Source: an uncultured Candidatus Rokubacteria bacterium
Lineage (GTDB): Bacteria; Methylomirabilota; Methylomirabilia; Rokubacteriales; DASRDR01
Direction of reading: 5' to 3'
Assembly: GCA_963826115.1 (NCBI GenBank)
Contig: CAWGVS010000012.1
Span: forward strand, 608,001 to 672,000
Length of the DNA stretch: 64,000 nucleotides
The notes under the pieces are model-generated. The model was not told the DNA's origin and did not search any database. It saw nothing but the letters and a program-made list of their open reading frames with translations. The translations under genes and the position numbers were made by a program. Positions 9,286-19,609 of this stretch are shown here, piece after piece (position 1 is the first letter of the stretch; each line of letters starts with the position of its first letter).

Positions 9286-10212
9286 TCAGCGAGGCTCTAG
9301 CGTCGGGTCGAGCGCCTCGCGAAGGCCGTCTCCCAGGGCGTTGATCGAGAGCACCGTCAGCAGGATCATCACTCCGGGAAACGTCGAGACCCACCAGCCG
9401 CTGCGCAGGTACTCCCGGCCGCTGCTCACCATGGCACCCCACTCCGGCGTGGGCGGCTGAACGCCCAAACCGAGGAACGAGAGGCCCGCGGCGACCAGGA
9501 TCGCCGCCGCGACACCGAGCGTCGCGATCGCGATCACCGGAGTCAACGCGTTCGGAAGCACGTGGACCAACATCACTCGCGCATCGCGCCCGCCGGTTGC
9601 GCGGGCCGCTTCCACGTGGAGGCTGCTCTTGGCAGAGAGCACGCTCGCCCGTACAACCCGCGTGTAGTGCGGAACGTACGAGATGCCCACGGCAACCATC
9701 ACGCTTGTCAGACCAGGCCCGAGTATGGCGATCACGGCCAACGCGAGGAGAATGCCGGGAAAGGCGAGCAGCACGTCCATCACACGCATGATGAGCATGT
9801 CACGCCATCCGCCGTGGAACCCGGCCAGCACCCCGAGGACGAGCCCACATGTCAACGAGATCCCGACTGACATGAGCCCGATCCGGAGGGAGAGTCGGGC
9901 GCCGTAGAGTACACGACTGAAGACATCACGGCCGAGGTGGTCACTGCCGAAGATCTGCTGCGCGCTCGGTGGTTCCAGGACCCTCGCCGAGTCGATCTTG
10001 ATGGGATCGCGGGGCGCGACCAGCGGCGCCAGAGTCGCCAAGACCGCGACAAGGCTCAGGACCGCGCCACTCGCGAGCGCGACCCGGTCCCGTCGGAGGC
10101 GCCGAAGAGCCTCCAGCCAGGGGCCCCGGGGCGCCCGCGGCGCTCGGCAACAGAGGGCCGCCGCGGCCGGGCCTGCGGGCGCAGGCCATCCGGCACGACC
10201 TCGCTCACTCAT
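9286..10212 (-). CDS. ABC peptide permease (DppC-like)
   Basis: GSDHLGRDVFSRVLYGAR; EAARATG; LSFLGLGVQPPTPEWG; NALGDGLREALDP. Confidence 0.93.
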   Translation of the reverse strand: MSERGRAGWPAPAGPAAAALCCRAPRAPRGPWLEALRRLRRDRVALASGAVLSLVAVLATLAPLVAPRDPIKIDSARVLEPPSAQQIFGSDHLGRDVFSRVLYGARLSLRIGLMSVGISLTCGLVLGVLAGFHGGWRDMLIMRVMDVLLAFPGILLALAVIAILGPGLTSVMVAVGISYVPHYTRVVRASVLSAKSSLHVEAARATGGRDARVMLVHVLPNALTPVIAIATLGVAAAILVAAGLSFLGLGVQPPTPEWGAMVSSGREYLRSGWWVSTFPGVMILLTVLSINALGDGLREALDPTLEPR

Positions 10213-11146
10213 GTCGCATCCGCGGATCCAGCGCAGCGCAGAGGACGTCGACGGCGAGGTTGACCAGGACGTACGTCGCACCCGAAATGAGAACGAAGCC
10301 CTGCACGACGGGGACGTCTCGATTCAGGATCGCCTCCACGGCGAGCCGGCCCAAGCCCTGTCGGGCGAACACGTTCTCGACGATGACGCTGCCGCCGAGC
10401 AGCGCGCCAAACTGCAGTCCGACGATCGTGACGACCGGGATCAGCGCGTTCCTCAGGGCGTGCCGTACCAAGAGGACCCGATCCGACAGGCCCTTGGCGC
10501 GGGCCGTCGTGATGTACGGCTGGGCGAGCGCCTCGCGGGTCTTGGCCCGCGTCACCAGACTGATGACCGCCATCGCCTGGATGCCCAACGTGAAGGCAGG
10601 GAGGATCAGACGCTCCGGGCCACCCTGACCCGTGGCTGGAAGCCAGCCCAGCCACAACGAGAACACGAAGATCAGAAGCAACCCCAGCCAGAAGGACGGC
10701 ATCGAAACACCGACGAGCGAGAACGCAAGACTCGCTCGGTCGAGCCAGGTGCCGCGATGGTTGGCGGTCAGCATCCCGAGCGACAGCCCGAGCACGATCG
10801 CCAGACCAAGGCCCGTGATGGTGAGCTGAATCGTGCTCGGGGCCTGTTGAAGGAGTTCGTCGAAGACGGGACGGTTCGAGCGTACCGACCGGCCGAGGTC
10901 CCCGCGGATCAGGTTGCCCAGGAAGCGCACGTACTGAACGACGATGGGGTCATCCAGACCAAGCCGGGCGCGCAGCTCGGCGATGCGCTCGGGACGGTCC
11001 CCGGAGTCCCCGAGCATGACCAGAACCGGATCGCCGGGCAGCAGATGCAGCACGGCGAACGTGAGGATCGATACACCCAACACGACGGGAATCGCGGCGA
11101 GCAAACGGTGCCCCACATACCGCAGCACGGGGCTACAGTAGCCCAC
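10205..11146 (-). CDS. ABC peptide permease (DppB-like); start uncertain
   Basis: LPGDPV; GDLGRS; YITTARAKGL; VIVENVFARQGLG; LDPR. Confidence 0.93.
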   Translation of the reverse strand: MGYCSPVLRYVGHRLLAAIPVVLGVSILTFAVLHLLPGDPVLVMLGDSGDRPERIAELRARLGLDDPIVVQYVRFLGNLIRGDLGRSVRSNRPVFDELLQQAPSTIQLTITGLGLAIVLGLSLGMLTANHRGTWLDRASLAFSLVGVSMPSFWLGLLLIFVFSLWLGWLPATGQGGPERLILPAFTLGIQAMAVISLVTRAKTREALAQPYITTARAKGLSDRVLLVRHALRNALIPVVTIVGLQFGALLGGSVIVENVFARQGLGRLAVEAILNRDVPVVQGFVLISGATYVLVNLAVDVLCAALDPRMRHE

Positions 11147-11461
11147 CGGGGCGGGCGCGGCAAAGCCACAGCTCTCACTGGTCCCACTGGGCGGCGCGAC
11201 GACGTCCCCCCCAAGGCGTGGTCACGCTTCAGAAGGCCCTGAGCACTCACGCTGCGGCGGGCGGGCGCTGGCCGTTGCGGGCGTGACCTAGCCGTTACGG
11301 TGTAGACCCGTCCTCGCCGCCGCCCACCCGGATCGCTGCTCCCGCGGCTCTGACCGAACCCATCGCGCCGGCACCCATACCTGGTTGACCTGGAGGCGAC
11401 GTGTGTCGCACGATGCGCGCGTTGGGCGACCCCGGCCGAACACGCGGGCGACGGAGATCCC

Positions 11462-13168
11462 ATGGCGACGAACCCCTGGAGCTACACGAGTGGCACGAGC
11501 GACGTCCCCCTGCTCGGCCTCACCATCGGCGACATGTTCGACGAGACGGTGGCCCGGTACCCGGACAACGAGGCGCTCGTCTCCTGCCACCAGGAACTCC
11601 GATATACGTATCGCCAGCTCCAGGCCGAGGTCGACCGCTGCGCCCGCGCGCTCATCGCCCTCGGAGTGGACAAGGGCCAGCGGGTAGGAATCTGGGCGCC
11701 CAACTGCGCCGAGTGGGCCATCACCCAGTTCGCGACGTCGAAGCTCGGCGCCATCCTCGTGAACATCAATCCGAGCTACCGGCTCAACGAAGTCCAGTAC
11801 GCGCTGAAGCAATCCGGCTGCGCCTGGCTCGTCACCGCGCCGCACTTCAAGGCCTCGGACTACACGGCGATGCTCCACGAGCTCGCGCCGGAGCTGGCAA
11901 GCAGCCAGCCCGGCTCTCTCGAGGCGGCTCGCTTCCCACACTTGCGCGGCGTGGTGCGGCTCGGCGCCGAGCCGGCGCCGGGGATGCTGGGCTGGAGCTC
12001 GCTGCTGGCGATGGCCGAGCGGGTCGGCGCCGACGAGCTGGCCCGCCGTCAGCGCCAGCAGGAGTTCGACGACCCCATCAACATCCAGTTCACGAGCGGA
12101 ACCACCGGCTATCCCAAGGGCGCCACGCTGAGCCACCACAACATCCTCAACAACGGCTTCTTCACCACCGAGCTGCTCCGCTTCACCGACCGCGACCGGC
12201 TCCTGATTCCCGTACCGCTCTACCACTGCTTCGGCATGGTCATGGGCAACCTGGGCTGCATGTCCCACGGCGCGACCATGATCTATCCAAACGACGGCTT
12301 CGACCCGCTGGCCGTCCTAGAGGCCGCCCAGGCCGAGCGCGCCAGCGCGCTCTACGGCGTGCCGACCATGTTCATCGCCGAGCTGAACCATCCCGACTTC
12401 GCGAAATACGACCTCTCCTCGCTGCGCACTGGCATCATGGCCGGCTCCCCCTGTCCGGTGGAAGTCATGAAGCAAGTGCAGGCGCGGATGCACATGCGCG
12501 ACGTGGCCTGCGCCTACGGCATGACGGAGACCAGCCCGGTGAGCACGCAGACGCGCATCGGGGCGCCGCTGGCCAAGCAGGTCGGCACGGTCGGCCAAGT
12601 GCACCCCCACGTGCAGATCAAGATCGTGGACCCGCAGACCGGCCAGGTGGTGCGGGTCGGCGAGCGCGGCGAGCTGTGCACGCGCGGCTACAGCGTGATG
12701 CTGGGCTACTGGGACAACGACGAGGCCACCCGGGCCGCGGTCGACGGCGCCCGCTGGATGCACACCGGCGACCTGGCCACGATGGACGAAGAGGGCTACC
12801 TCAACATCGTGGGACGGATCAAGGACATGATCATCCGCGGCGGCGAGAACGTGTACCCGCGCGAGATCGAGGAGTTCCTCTATGGCCACCCCAAGGTCCA
12901 GGACGTCCAGGTCATCGGCGTGCCCGACGAGAAGTACGGCGAGGAGATCATGGCCTGGGTGAAACTGCGCGAGGACCAGACCGCCACCGTCGAGGAGATC
13001 CGCGACTACTGCCGCGGCAAGATCGCCCACTACAAGGTCCCGCGCTACGTCCGCTTCGTGGACGCCTTTCCCATGACGGTCACCGGCAAGATCCAGAAGT
13101 TCGTGATGCGCGAGGAGAGCGTGACGCTGCTGGGTCTGGAGAAGGCCGCCGCCATCAGGATGGCCTAG
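11462..13168 (+). CDS. AMP-dependent acyl-CoA synthetase
   Basis: [40 protein letters not shown] and TGKIQK motifs. Confidence 0.96.
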   Translation: MATNPWSYTSGTSDVPLLGLTIGDMFDETVARYPDNEALVSCHQELRYTYRQLQAEVDRCARALIALGVDKGQRVGIWAPNCAEWAITQFATSKLGAILVNINPSYRLNEVQYALKQSGCAWLVTAPHFKASDYTAMLHELAPELASSQPGSLEAARFPHLRGVVRLGAEPAPGMLGWSSLLAMAERVGADELARRQRQQEFDDPINIQFTSGTTGYPKGATLSHHNILNNGFFTTELLRFTDRDRLLIPVPLYHCFGMVMGNLGCMSHGATMIYPNDGFDPLAVLEAAQAERASALYGVPTMFIAELNHPDFAKYDLSSLRTGIMAGSPCPVEVMKQVQARMHMRDVACAYGMTETSPVSTQTRIGAPLAKQVGTVGQVHPHVQIKIVDPQTGQVVRVGERGELCTRGYSVMLGYWDNDEATRAAVDGARWMHTGDLATMDEEGYLNIVGRIKDMIIRGGENVYPREIEEFLYGHPKVQDVQVIGVPDEKYGEEIMAWVKLREDQTATVEEIRDYCRGKIAHYKVPRYVRFVDAFPMTVTGKIQKFVMREESVTLLGLEKAAAIRMA

Positions 13169-13274
13169 AGGTTTCTCCCTCCCACCGCCCGAGCGTGCGC
13201 ATCAGCGCCACCGCGTTCGAGGTGCGCCCCCGCTGACGCGTAGGTGGCAAGACGCATCGCTTCCGGCCGCTCTT

Positions 13275-13484
13275 CTATCGTGGGGGGGACGGCCGGGCTA
13301 TCTCGTCGATGGCGCCGGCGTCCCGGTGACGTGCCTCGGGCAAGTGGATGTCCCAGCAGCGCACGCTGCAGAACCTGAGTTTCAGCCGTCCGGAGTTACA
13401 GGTCGACACTGAGCATCGATAGAACTTCGTCCCCATCAGGATCGGCGTCTTGCACACGGAGCACACTCCGAACTGTGTCGGCAT
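13275..13484 (-). CDS. Small Cys-rich putative zinc-binding protein (69 aa)
   Basis: CSVC...CSVSTC...FCSVRCWDIH; purine-rich RBS. Confidence 0.7.
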   Translation of the reverse strand: MPTQFGVCSVCKTPILMGTKFYRCSVSTCNSGRLKLRFCSVRCWDIHLPEARHRDAGAIDEIARPSPPR

Positions 13485-13556
13485 CCTCGCCCCTCCCTCT
13501 CACTTGAGGAGCATCTCACGATTCCGCTTCGCCGGGTCCCCGAGGCCCAAGAAGAC

Positions 13557-13756
13557 GAATCGGGGGGCGGCGCCGCCCCCGTCGAGTGGTGAGCCGTGAA
13601 GGAATCGAACCTTCAACCTGCTGATTGAGAGCTGGTTGCGGGCCCGAACTCCTCCGCACACAGGAGAGCCAAGACCACGAATCTTCTGCGCGGCCGCGTG
13701 ATGGATGTTCGCCCGGGTGCGGTGGAGTTCGGTGGAGTTTGGCACTGGCATGTCAC
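13557..13756 (-). repeat. att-like unit 3: L1 + tRNA-Lys 3' half (13587-13631, 2 mismatches) + arm RA
   Basis: Direct sequence match to the other units. Confidence 0.95.
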
Positions 13757-14133
13757 GGCGATTCTGCTGCCACGCACCGAGCCCCAGCGCCCACGTGCCC
13801 GCCTGACCTGACCCCAAGTTCGGCGCCCAGTTGAGAGCTCGATCAGGCCAACGCGCCGATTCGGGGCGAGTCATCATGGGGCGCCAGCTTCGCCGCCACC
13901 TTGTCGCCGTCGTATTGCGAATGACATGACGCTCCGGCCGCGGCCAGCTCCTCCAGGACCTCATGCCGGCGGCGGCCGGTTCGGATCCGCGTCGCGGTCA
14001 CTTCACGGCGACGGCCAGAAGCGGTCGAGGCTGCATCCGCTCCGGCCAAGCGCGGAGGTGGTCGCTGGGCCCGGTGGAAGCGCACGCAGACGCAGAGCGC
14101 GGCGAGGGCAGCCGATCAGCCGCGCGTGACGGA

Positions 14134-15594
14134 CTAGCGTCGGAAGACAAGGATCCCGTCTTGCTCGCTGAGGAGGGTGTAGCCCTTGTCGGGGAGGCGG
14201 GCGATCTCGTCCTCGAAGGAAGGCCCGGCCGGCCAGCGGTCGAGCCTGCGGTCGAGGATCACGTACTCCGCCCGGATCATCGGACCGGGCCCGAGGTCCG
14301 GGAAGAGATAGATGAACTCGCGATGCGTGAGATGAGGCAGGATGACGTGTTGCGTGGCGACCGCCGCCTCGCGTGGAAGGGCCTCGACGGTGGCGGCAAG
14401 CCTGCCGAGGTGAGGGGTCATCCGGTACTGGCGGAGGTGCCACGACTCGGGCTTCGCATGGAAGAAGAGCGACGCCGCCAGCAGCACGGCCGCCAGCCCA
14501 CGGTGTCCGGCGAAGCGATCACGGGCCACGCTGGACGGCGCGACCAAACGAGCCGCTCCTCCCAGGGCCGCATAGAAGACGACCGGCACCAGCTCCAGCA
14601 CGTAGTGGGACCCGATGGAGCTCTGCTGGGGCGTCGTCGACAGGAGGTTCTGGGCCAGGAAAGGGAGCGCCAGGAGCAAGCGCGCGGGCGCCAGGATCGG
14701 CAGGAAGGCGACAGGCCCGAAGAGGTGCACGAGGTAGACCAGCTTCCTGGCGACTAGCCACGATCCGCTGCCCAGCTGGTACCGGTCGTAGTACATGTAG
14801 CCCTGGGTGTTGAAGGCCGGGATTACCCAGAGGAAGCCCGCCGCCAGCCACACGGCGAAGCCCGCGCTCAGCGCGATACCGAGGGACCGCTGCCGGCCGG
14901 TCACGACGAGGTAGAGCCCCACGGCGATCCCTGCGGCCGGCATGTTCTCCTTGCAGAGCCCGGCCAGCACGAGGAAGGTCACCATCGGTCCCCATCGTCT
15001 GCGCTCCATGAAATGGAAGGCGAGCAGCAGGAGCACCGGCACGAACGCCGTGGGGTGGTAGTCGGTCCGGTTCGCGTTGCGAAGCGGCCGATAGAGTAGG
15101 TACAGGAGCGGGAAGAGGGGACCCAACACACTGCCGGGAAAGCTCGCGCGTGCCAGCCAGTAGAGCGGTACGGCGCCGAGCGCCAGGACGAGCCCCTGGG
15201 CCACCAGCGGGATCAGCGGCGAGGGAACGACCTGATAGAAGGGAACAAGGACGAGCTGGAGCGGGTCGAAGTGGTCGCCAAGGAGAATGGTATCGCCCTT
15301 GAGCGACGAGAAGAGCAGGCGCCCGTGGGTGGTGTTCCAGAGGGCCTGGTCGAAGATGCCGAGATCGAAGCCCGTCTGAAAGGTCCGGTGGCGGCGGACG
15401 GCGACGGTGATCAGCACGCTCGCCGCCAGCGCGATCAGCCCGTAGAGGGCGACGGGCGTGACCGCCAGCCAGTCGCCGAGAGTCCCGAGGAGTCGCGTGC
15501 CGGCGAGCGGGCCGGGATTCCGGTCACGCGCGAGCCGACGCCTCAGCCCGAGAAGGCAAAGGAAGCCCGTGACCCACCCGCCCAGGGTCGCCAC
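14134..15594 (-). CDS. DUF2079-like polytopic membrane protein (possibly GT-C-like); frame open upstream to ~15741
   Basis: FDLGIFDQALWN, LGDHFDP, DYHP, LCKE and HY motifs with many TM segments. Confidence 0.85.
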   Translation of the reverse strand: MATLGGWVTGFLCLLGLRRRLARDRNPGPLAGTRLLGTLGDWLAVTPVALYGLIALAASVLITVAVRRHRTFQTGFDLGIFDQALWNTTHGRLLFSSLKGDTILLGDHFDPLQLVLVPFYQVVPSPLIPLVAQGLVLALGAVPLYWLARASFPGSVLGPLFPLLYLLYRPLRNANRTDYHPTAFVPVLLLLAFHFMERRRWGPMVTFLVLAGLCKENMPAAGIAVGLYLVVTGRQRSLGIALSAGFAVWLAAGFLWVIPAFNTQGYMYYDRYQLGSGSWLVARKLVYLVHLFGPVAFLPILAPARLLLALPFLAQNLLSTTPQQSSIGSHYVLELVPVVFYAALGGAARLVAPSSVARDRFAGHRGLAAVLLAASLFFHAKPESWHLRQYRMTPHLGRLAATVEALPREAAVATQHVILPHLTHREFIYLFPDLGPGPMIRAEYVILDRRLDRWPAGPSFEDEIARLPDKGYTLLSEQDGILVFRR

Positions 15595-15953
15595 GTCGAC
15601 CGTGATGCGCGGGCCCCGGTAGACGAAGCCGCCGCTCAGGAAGAGGAGCGCCAGGCCAGCGAGGTACCCGTTCAGGAGCCAGTCGAAGGTGCGAGAAGCG
15701 AGCGTGCGCGCAGGGAGCGGCGCCTCACGACGCGTAGGCAGTCGCCTCCTTCAGAGGATCCTCGGTGGCTTGCCTGGGCCCATCTCCGGCTTCCCGAGGA
15801 CGCCACCCGATGATGCGCCCCAATCGGGCGAGCGTCCCACGGGAATCCTCGGGGTCGGGGTGCCCCCTGTCAAGTTACTCGCCCTCCCGCCAGGCTGGAA
15901 CCGCGGACCCGCCGCACCGGACGATTGGGCCGCAACTGCTCGCCCGGAAAAAC

Positions 15954-16156
15954 GAATCGGGGGGCGTCGCCGCCCCCCGATCGAGTGGTGAGCCGTGAAG
16001 AAATCGAACCTTCAACCTACTGATTAAGAGTCCCAGCCGGCCGCGACGCACCACACGCGATCCACAGCCATCAGCACGTCGGATCAGGAAAGGATCATGA
16101 GGTGACCTGCTCATACCCCGCTATGTCTCGCGGTGAGTTGGAACCGCTCTGGAACC
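15954..16156 (-). repeat. att-like unit 4: L1 + tRNA-Lys 3' half (15986-16030, 1 mismatch) + arm RB
   Basis: Core match; arm tcccagccggccgcgacgcac...; GGAACC pair at 16140-16156. Confidence 0.92.
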
Positions 16157-16362
16157 ATGCCCGCCTGTTCCTGGACGAGCGGCGTCGACCACCGGGACCG
16201 CAGGGATCTAGTTCGGTGGGGCGGGACGGACATCAGGGCGAAGGGGGGCTCGACCCGTCGTAGCCGCTCATCGTCCGGCCGAATGGCGACGGGACGAGTC
16301 CCTCCGATGAAGAGCTGTTGTGAGACATTAGCCTCACGTCTGCTGGGCTATGGTGATGCGAT

Positions 16363-17145
16363 GTGAGGAATAGCGACCGTGAACGAGACATAGCACGGCT
16401 TCGTGAGGCGATTGAGCGCCTGCATTCGCCACGGCTGCAGATGGCGCTGATCGTGGCACTGGCAGGAGCGGCCGGCTTCTTCGCCTCGTTTGCGTTGCTC
16501 CATCTCGGGGTCAAGTTCCTGTGGCTCCGATATCCGCTTGCCGTCGCAACCGCATACCTGACGTTCCTGCTGCTCCTCTGGTGCTGGCTGCGCCTGAAGA
16601 GGGACGATCTGCTCGAGAGTCTCGACGTTCCCGGCTCTGGCCCGGGCTCACACTTTCCGGGCGGAGACGCCACCCCAGAGAATGTCTGGCGGGCTGGAGG
16701 TGGTCGTTCGGGAGGCGGCGGGGCATCTGCCTCGTTTGGCGAGGGTCTGGGAACGGTGGACTCTTCCCCAGGCGCGAGTTCGCCACTGTCTGGAGAGAGT
16801 TCCACCACCCCGGAGGGTCCCGACTTGCCCGATGCCGAGAATCTGGCCGGGATCGCGGCTCTCGTGGCGTTGGCGGCGGCTGCGTGGGTTGCTGTCTGGA
16901 TGACGCTGGCCGCGCCGGCGTTTCTCGCGGAGCTCTTGCTGGATACAGCGCTCGCCGCCGGCTTGTATCGCCGGCTCCGTGCTGTCGAGGAAGGTCGCTG
17001 GCTTCGAACAGCCATGCGCCAGACCGTGTGGCCGTTCGTCTGTGTGGCGTTGGCATTCGCACTCGCTGGAGCCCTGATGCAAACCTACATGCCGAGCGCC
17101 CACTCGATCGGTGAGGTCATCCGCCGCGTCATCGAGAACCGGTAA
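16363..17145 (+). CDS. Hypothetical membrane protein (sole gene of cassette 4)
   Basis: Several TM segments flanking a Gly/Ser-rich loop. Confidence 0.8.
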   Translation: MRNSDRERDIARLREAIERLHSPRLQMALIVALAGAAGFFASFALLHLGVKFLWLRYPLAVATAYLTFLLLLWCWLRLKRDDLLESLDVPGSGPGSHFPGGDATPENVWRAGGGRSGGGGASASFGEGLGTVDSSPGASSPLSGESSTTPEGPDLPDAENLAGIAALVALAAAAWVAVWMTLAAPAFLAELLLDTALAAGLYRRLRAVEEGRWLRTAMRQTVWPFVCVALAFALAGALMQTYMPSAHSIGEVIRRVIENR

Positions 17146-17231
17146 GGGGACGCCACCACGCCGGATACTTGCGGCCGAGCTCGGCCAGTACTGGCAAGCG
17201 CTGGGATGGGTGGCAAGGATCTCGGAAAAAC

Positions 17232-17434
17232 GAATCGGGGGGCGTTGCCGCCCCCCGGTCGAGTGGTGAGCCGTGAAGGAATCGAACCTTCAACCTACTG
17301 ATTAAGAGGTGGTCGCGGACCCGAACTCCTCCGCACTCAGACGATCTAAGCGTACGTATTTCCTGCGAAGCCGCCTAACCGATGTTCGCCTGCGTGTGCT
17401 GGAGTTCGGTGGAGTTTGGCACTGGCATGTCACC
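17232..17434 (-). repeat. att-like unit 5: L1 + tRNA-Lys 3' half (17264-17308, exact) + arm RA
   Basis: Direct sequence match. Confidence 0.95.
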
Positions 17435-17783
17435 GAAGATTCCACCACCGGGCGGCCTGGGGCCATGCCGGCCTGCTCCAAGACATCGGCCCCTCCGACT
17501 GGGAGTTCAGTCTGGCCACGCGCCGATTCAGGGTGAGCTTCCACGGGACCAGCGCCGCATCCGCCCCGTCCAGCCAGAAGATCACGCCAATCCCCCGGCG
17601 GGACTTGCCAGCGCCGAGGCGGCGTCGCTCGAGGGCCGGGTGGCGGGCGGGCCAGCCCGTGCGTCGTCTCCGCTCGGCCCGGCTCAAGGGATTCCGGGCC
17701 TTCCCGCGCCGACCTCCGGCCGTCCTTGCCGCTCCCGCCGGTGCCGCGCTATGGTTCCCGCGGCGGCCGAGGGGCGGGCCGGG

Positions 17784-17860
17784 GTGACATTCCTCGCGGC
17801 GATCATGTTCGTGGACACGGTCCGGTCCACCGAGCGCGTCACCGCGATTGGGGATGCAAG
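17784..17860 (+). pseudogene. Fragment resembling a class III adenylate cyclase
   Basis: FLAAIMFVDTVRSTERVTAIGDAR resembles the LATILFTDIVGSTE...LGD motif. Confidence 0.5.
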
Positions 17861-17960
17861 GTCAAACCCGCATACTGGAACTCAGGGACGATCCGGTCCA
17901 ACAGCAACGGTGGTGTAGCGGGCTTGACGTCGTCGGCCTCGGTGGTTAGAGATAACCGTC

Positions 17961-18385
17961 ATGATCACGGGCCCCATCATCGCGGAGACTGCGGCGCTGG
18001 TCGGAGACCCGGCGAGGGCGACGATGATGTCGGCGCTGCTCGATGGCCGGGCCCTCACCGCGAGCGAGCTCGCCCTGGCGGCGCGGATCACACCGCCAAC
18101 CGCCAGCGCCCATCTCGCGAAGCTGACAGCGGCGGGCTTGCTCTCGGTCGCCCGGAGTGGGCGGCATCGCTATTTCCGGCTGGCCTCGCCGAAGGTCGTG
18201 GAGATGATCGAGGGGATCGTCGCCGTCGCCCTCGAGAAACGGCCGCGATACCCCCCGCTATCCGATGAGGCCCGCGCGCTGAATGCAGCCCGCATCTGCT
18301 ACGACCACCTGGCGGGCCGTCTCAGCGTCGATCTCACCGATGTCTTCGTCGCCCGCAAGTACGTCGCGCTCGAAGACGAAGGACC
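17961..18385 (+). pseudogene. ArsR-family regulator, C-terminally truncated
   Basis: ALVGDPARATMMSALLDGRALTASELA...GRHRYFRL...ARICYDHLAGRL, after which similarity is lost. Confidence 0.8.
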
Positions 18386-18607
18386 TTTGGCCTTCCGGAA
18401 TATCACCGCTGTCGTGGACAAGTCGGCACGCTGGTCGAGGTGCTCGCGGGTGGCACGGCCTTTGGAGGCCGAATTCAATGATCGTGACGAACGTACATGG
18501 AATCGGTTGGGGTACGCCCCGATCAAATCATGGTGTTGCACTACGAGCCTGTTGCGAGGTAGTCGCAGTGAGTATCCGGGCGGTCATGTCAGACGCCGGC
18601 TGGACGG

Positions 18608-19609
18608 TTAGCACGGCGCTTCGAACGTGGCGCACTGCGCGCACACGGAGTCGATGAGGTCGCGCATCGACTGGGAGCGTTCGATCTCGGGGCGATCGAG
18701 GTACCAGCCGATCAGCGCCATACCACGGATGAGCAGGAACATGGGGAGCAGTGCCCAAGCCTCGCCGGGCATCCCACGGGTGGAGCGATACCCAGCCAGG
18801 AAGGCGCGCTCGGCGGCAGCAAAGTGCGGCGTAGACCGATAGCGATAGAGCGCGACCGCCGCCTCGTATTGGTGCCAGCCGAATCCGGCGTCGTCGAAGT
18901 CGATCACGATCAGGCGCTCACCTTCGACCAGGACATTCCAGGGATGCAGGTCCGCGTGGATCAGGCTGTAGGTAGCGGGATACTGCCCGTAGCGCTCTAA
19001 CGCGCCGCGGATGCGCCCGCGCGTATCGAGCAGCAGCCGGCGCTCGGCGCTGGACAGGGTGGGGTGCGTCCAGAATGGACCCCAGAACGGCGCGTCGCCC
19101 ATCAAGCCATCGGCGTCGAAAGAGTGCCGGGCAAACGTCGCCGGCGGTTGCCAGCCGCTCGACTGATTGTGGATCGACGCCGCGATGACGCCAAGCTGGC
19201 TGAAGTAGCCTTCGAGCGTGAAGCCATCGTTGGTGTGCTCCAAGATGCCGGCAAGCAGCTCGCCCTCGATCCATCGCGCCATCCCGGCATGGCGGTGTTC
19301 CCCGGTGCCAGGGACGAACACTGACAGGTAGTCACGCCCATCGCGGGTGGCCACGGGCTCCGGCACGATGATGCCCGCCCCTGCCAGCGCGCGGGTCCAC
19401 GTGCGTTCCGAGTTCAGCTCGTCAAGCGTGTGATAGCGCGGGCGGTGCAATCGCAGCACGTACGAGGCGCCGTCATGCAGGTCCGTGACGCGAAAGGTGA
19501 CGTTTTCGGACAACGAGATGAGCGCGATCTCCCCCGGTTCGATTGGGAACTGCTTGAGGACGTCCAGCGCGACCGGCGAGTATGCCGCCCCGGCCGCCGC
19601 CCTATCCAT
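18608..19609 (-). CDS. APH/homoserine-kinase type II-like phosphotransferase
   Basis: SENVTF, YVLRLHR, LIHADLHPWN and IDFDDAG motifs. Confidence 0.92.
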   Translation of the reverse strand: MDRAAAGAAYSPVALDVLKQFPIEPGEIALISLSENVTFRVTDLHDGASYVLRLHRPRYHTLDELNSERTWTRALAGAGIIVPEPVATRDGRDYLSVFVPGTGEHRHAGMARWIEGELLAGILEHTNDGFTLEGYFSQLGVIAASIHNQSSGWQPPATFARHSFDADGLMGDAPFWGPFWTHPTLSSAERRLLLDTRGRIRGALERYGQYPATYSLIHADLHPWNVLVEGERLIVIDFDDAGFGWHQYEAAVALYRYRSTPHFAAAERAFLAGYRSTRGMPGEAWALLPMFLLIRGMALIGWYLDRPEIERSQSMRDLIDSVCAQCATFEAPC

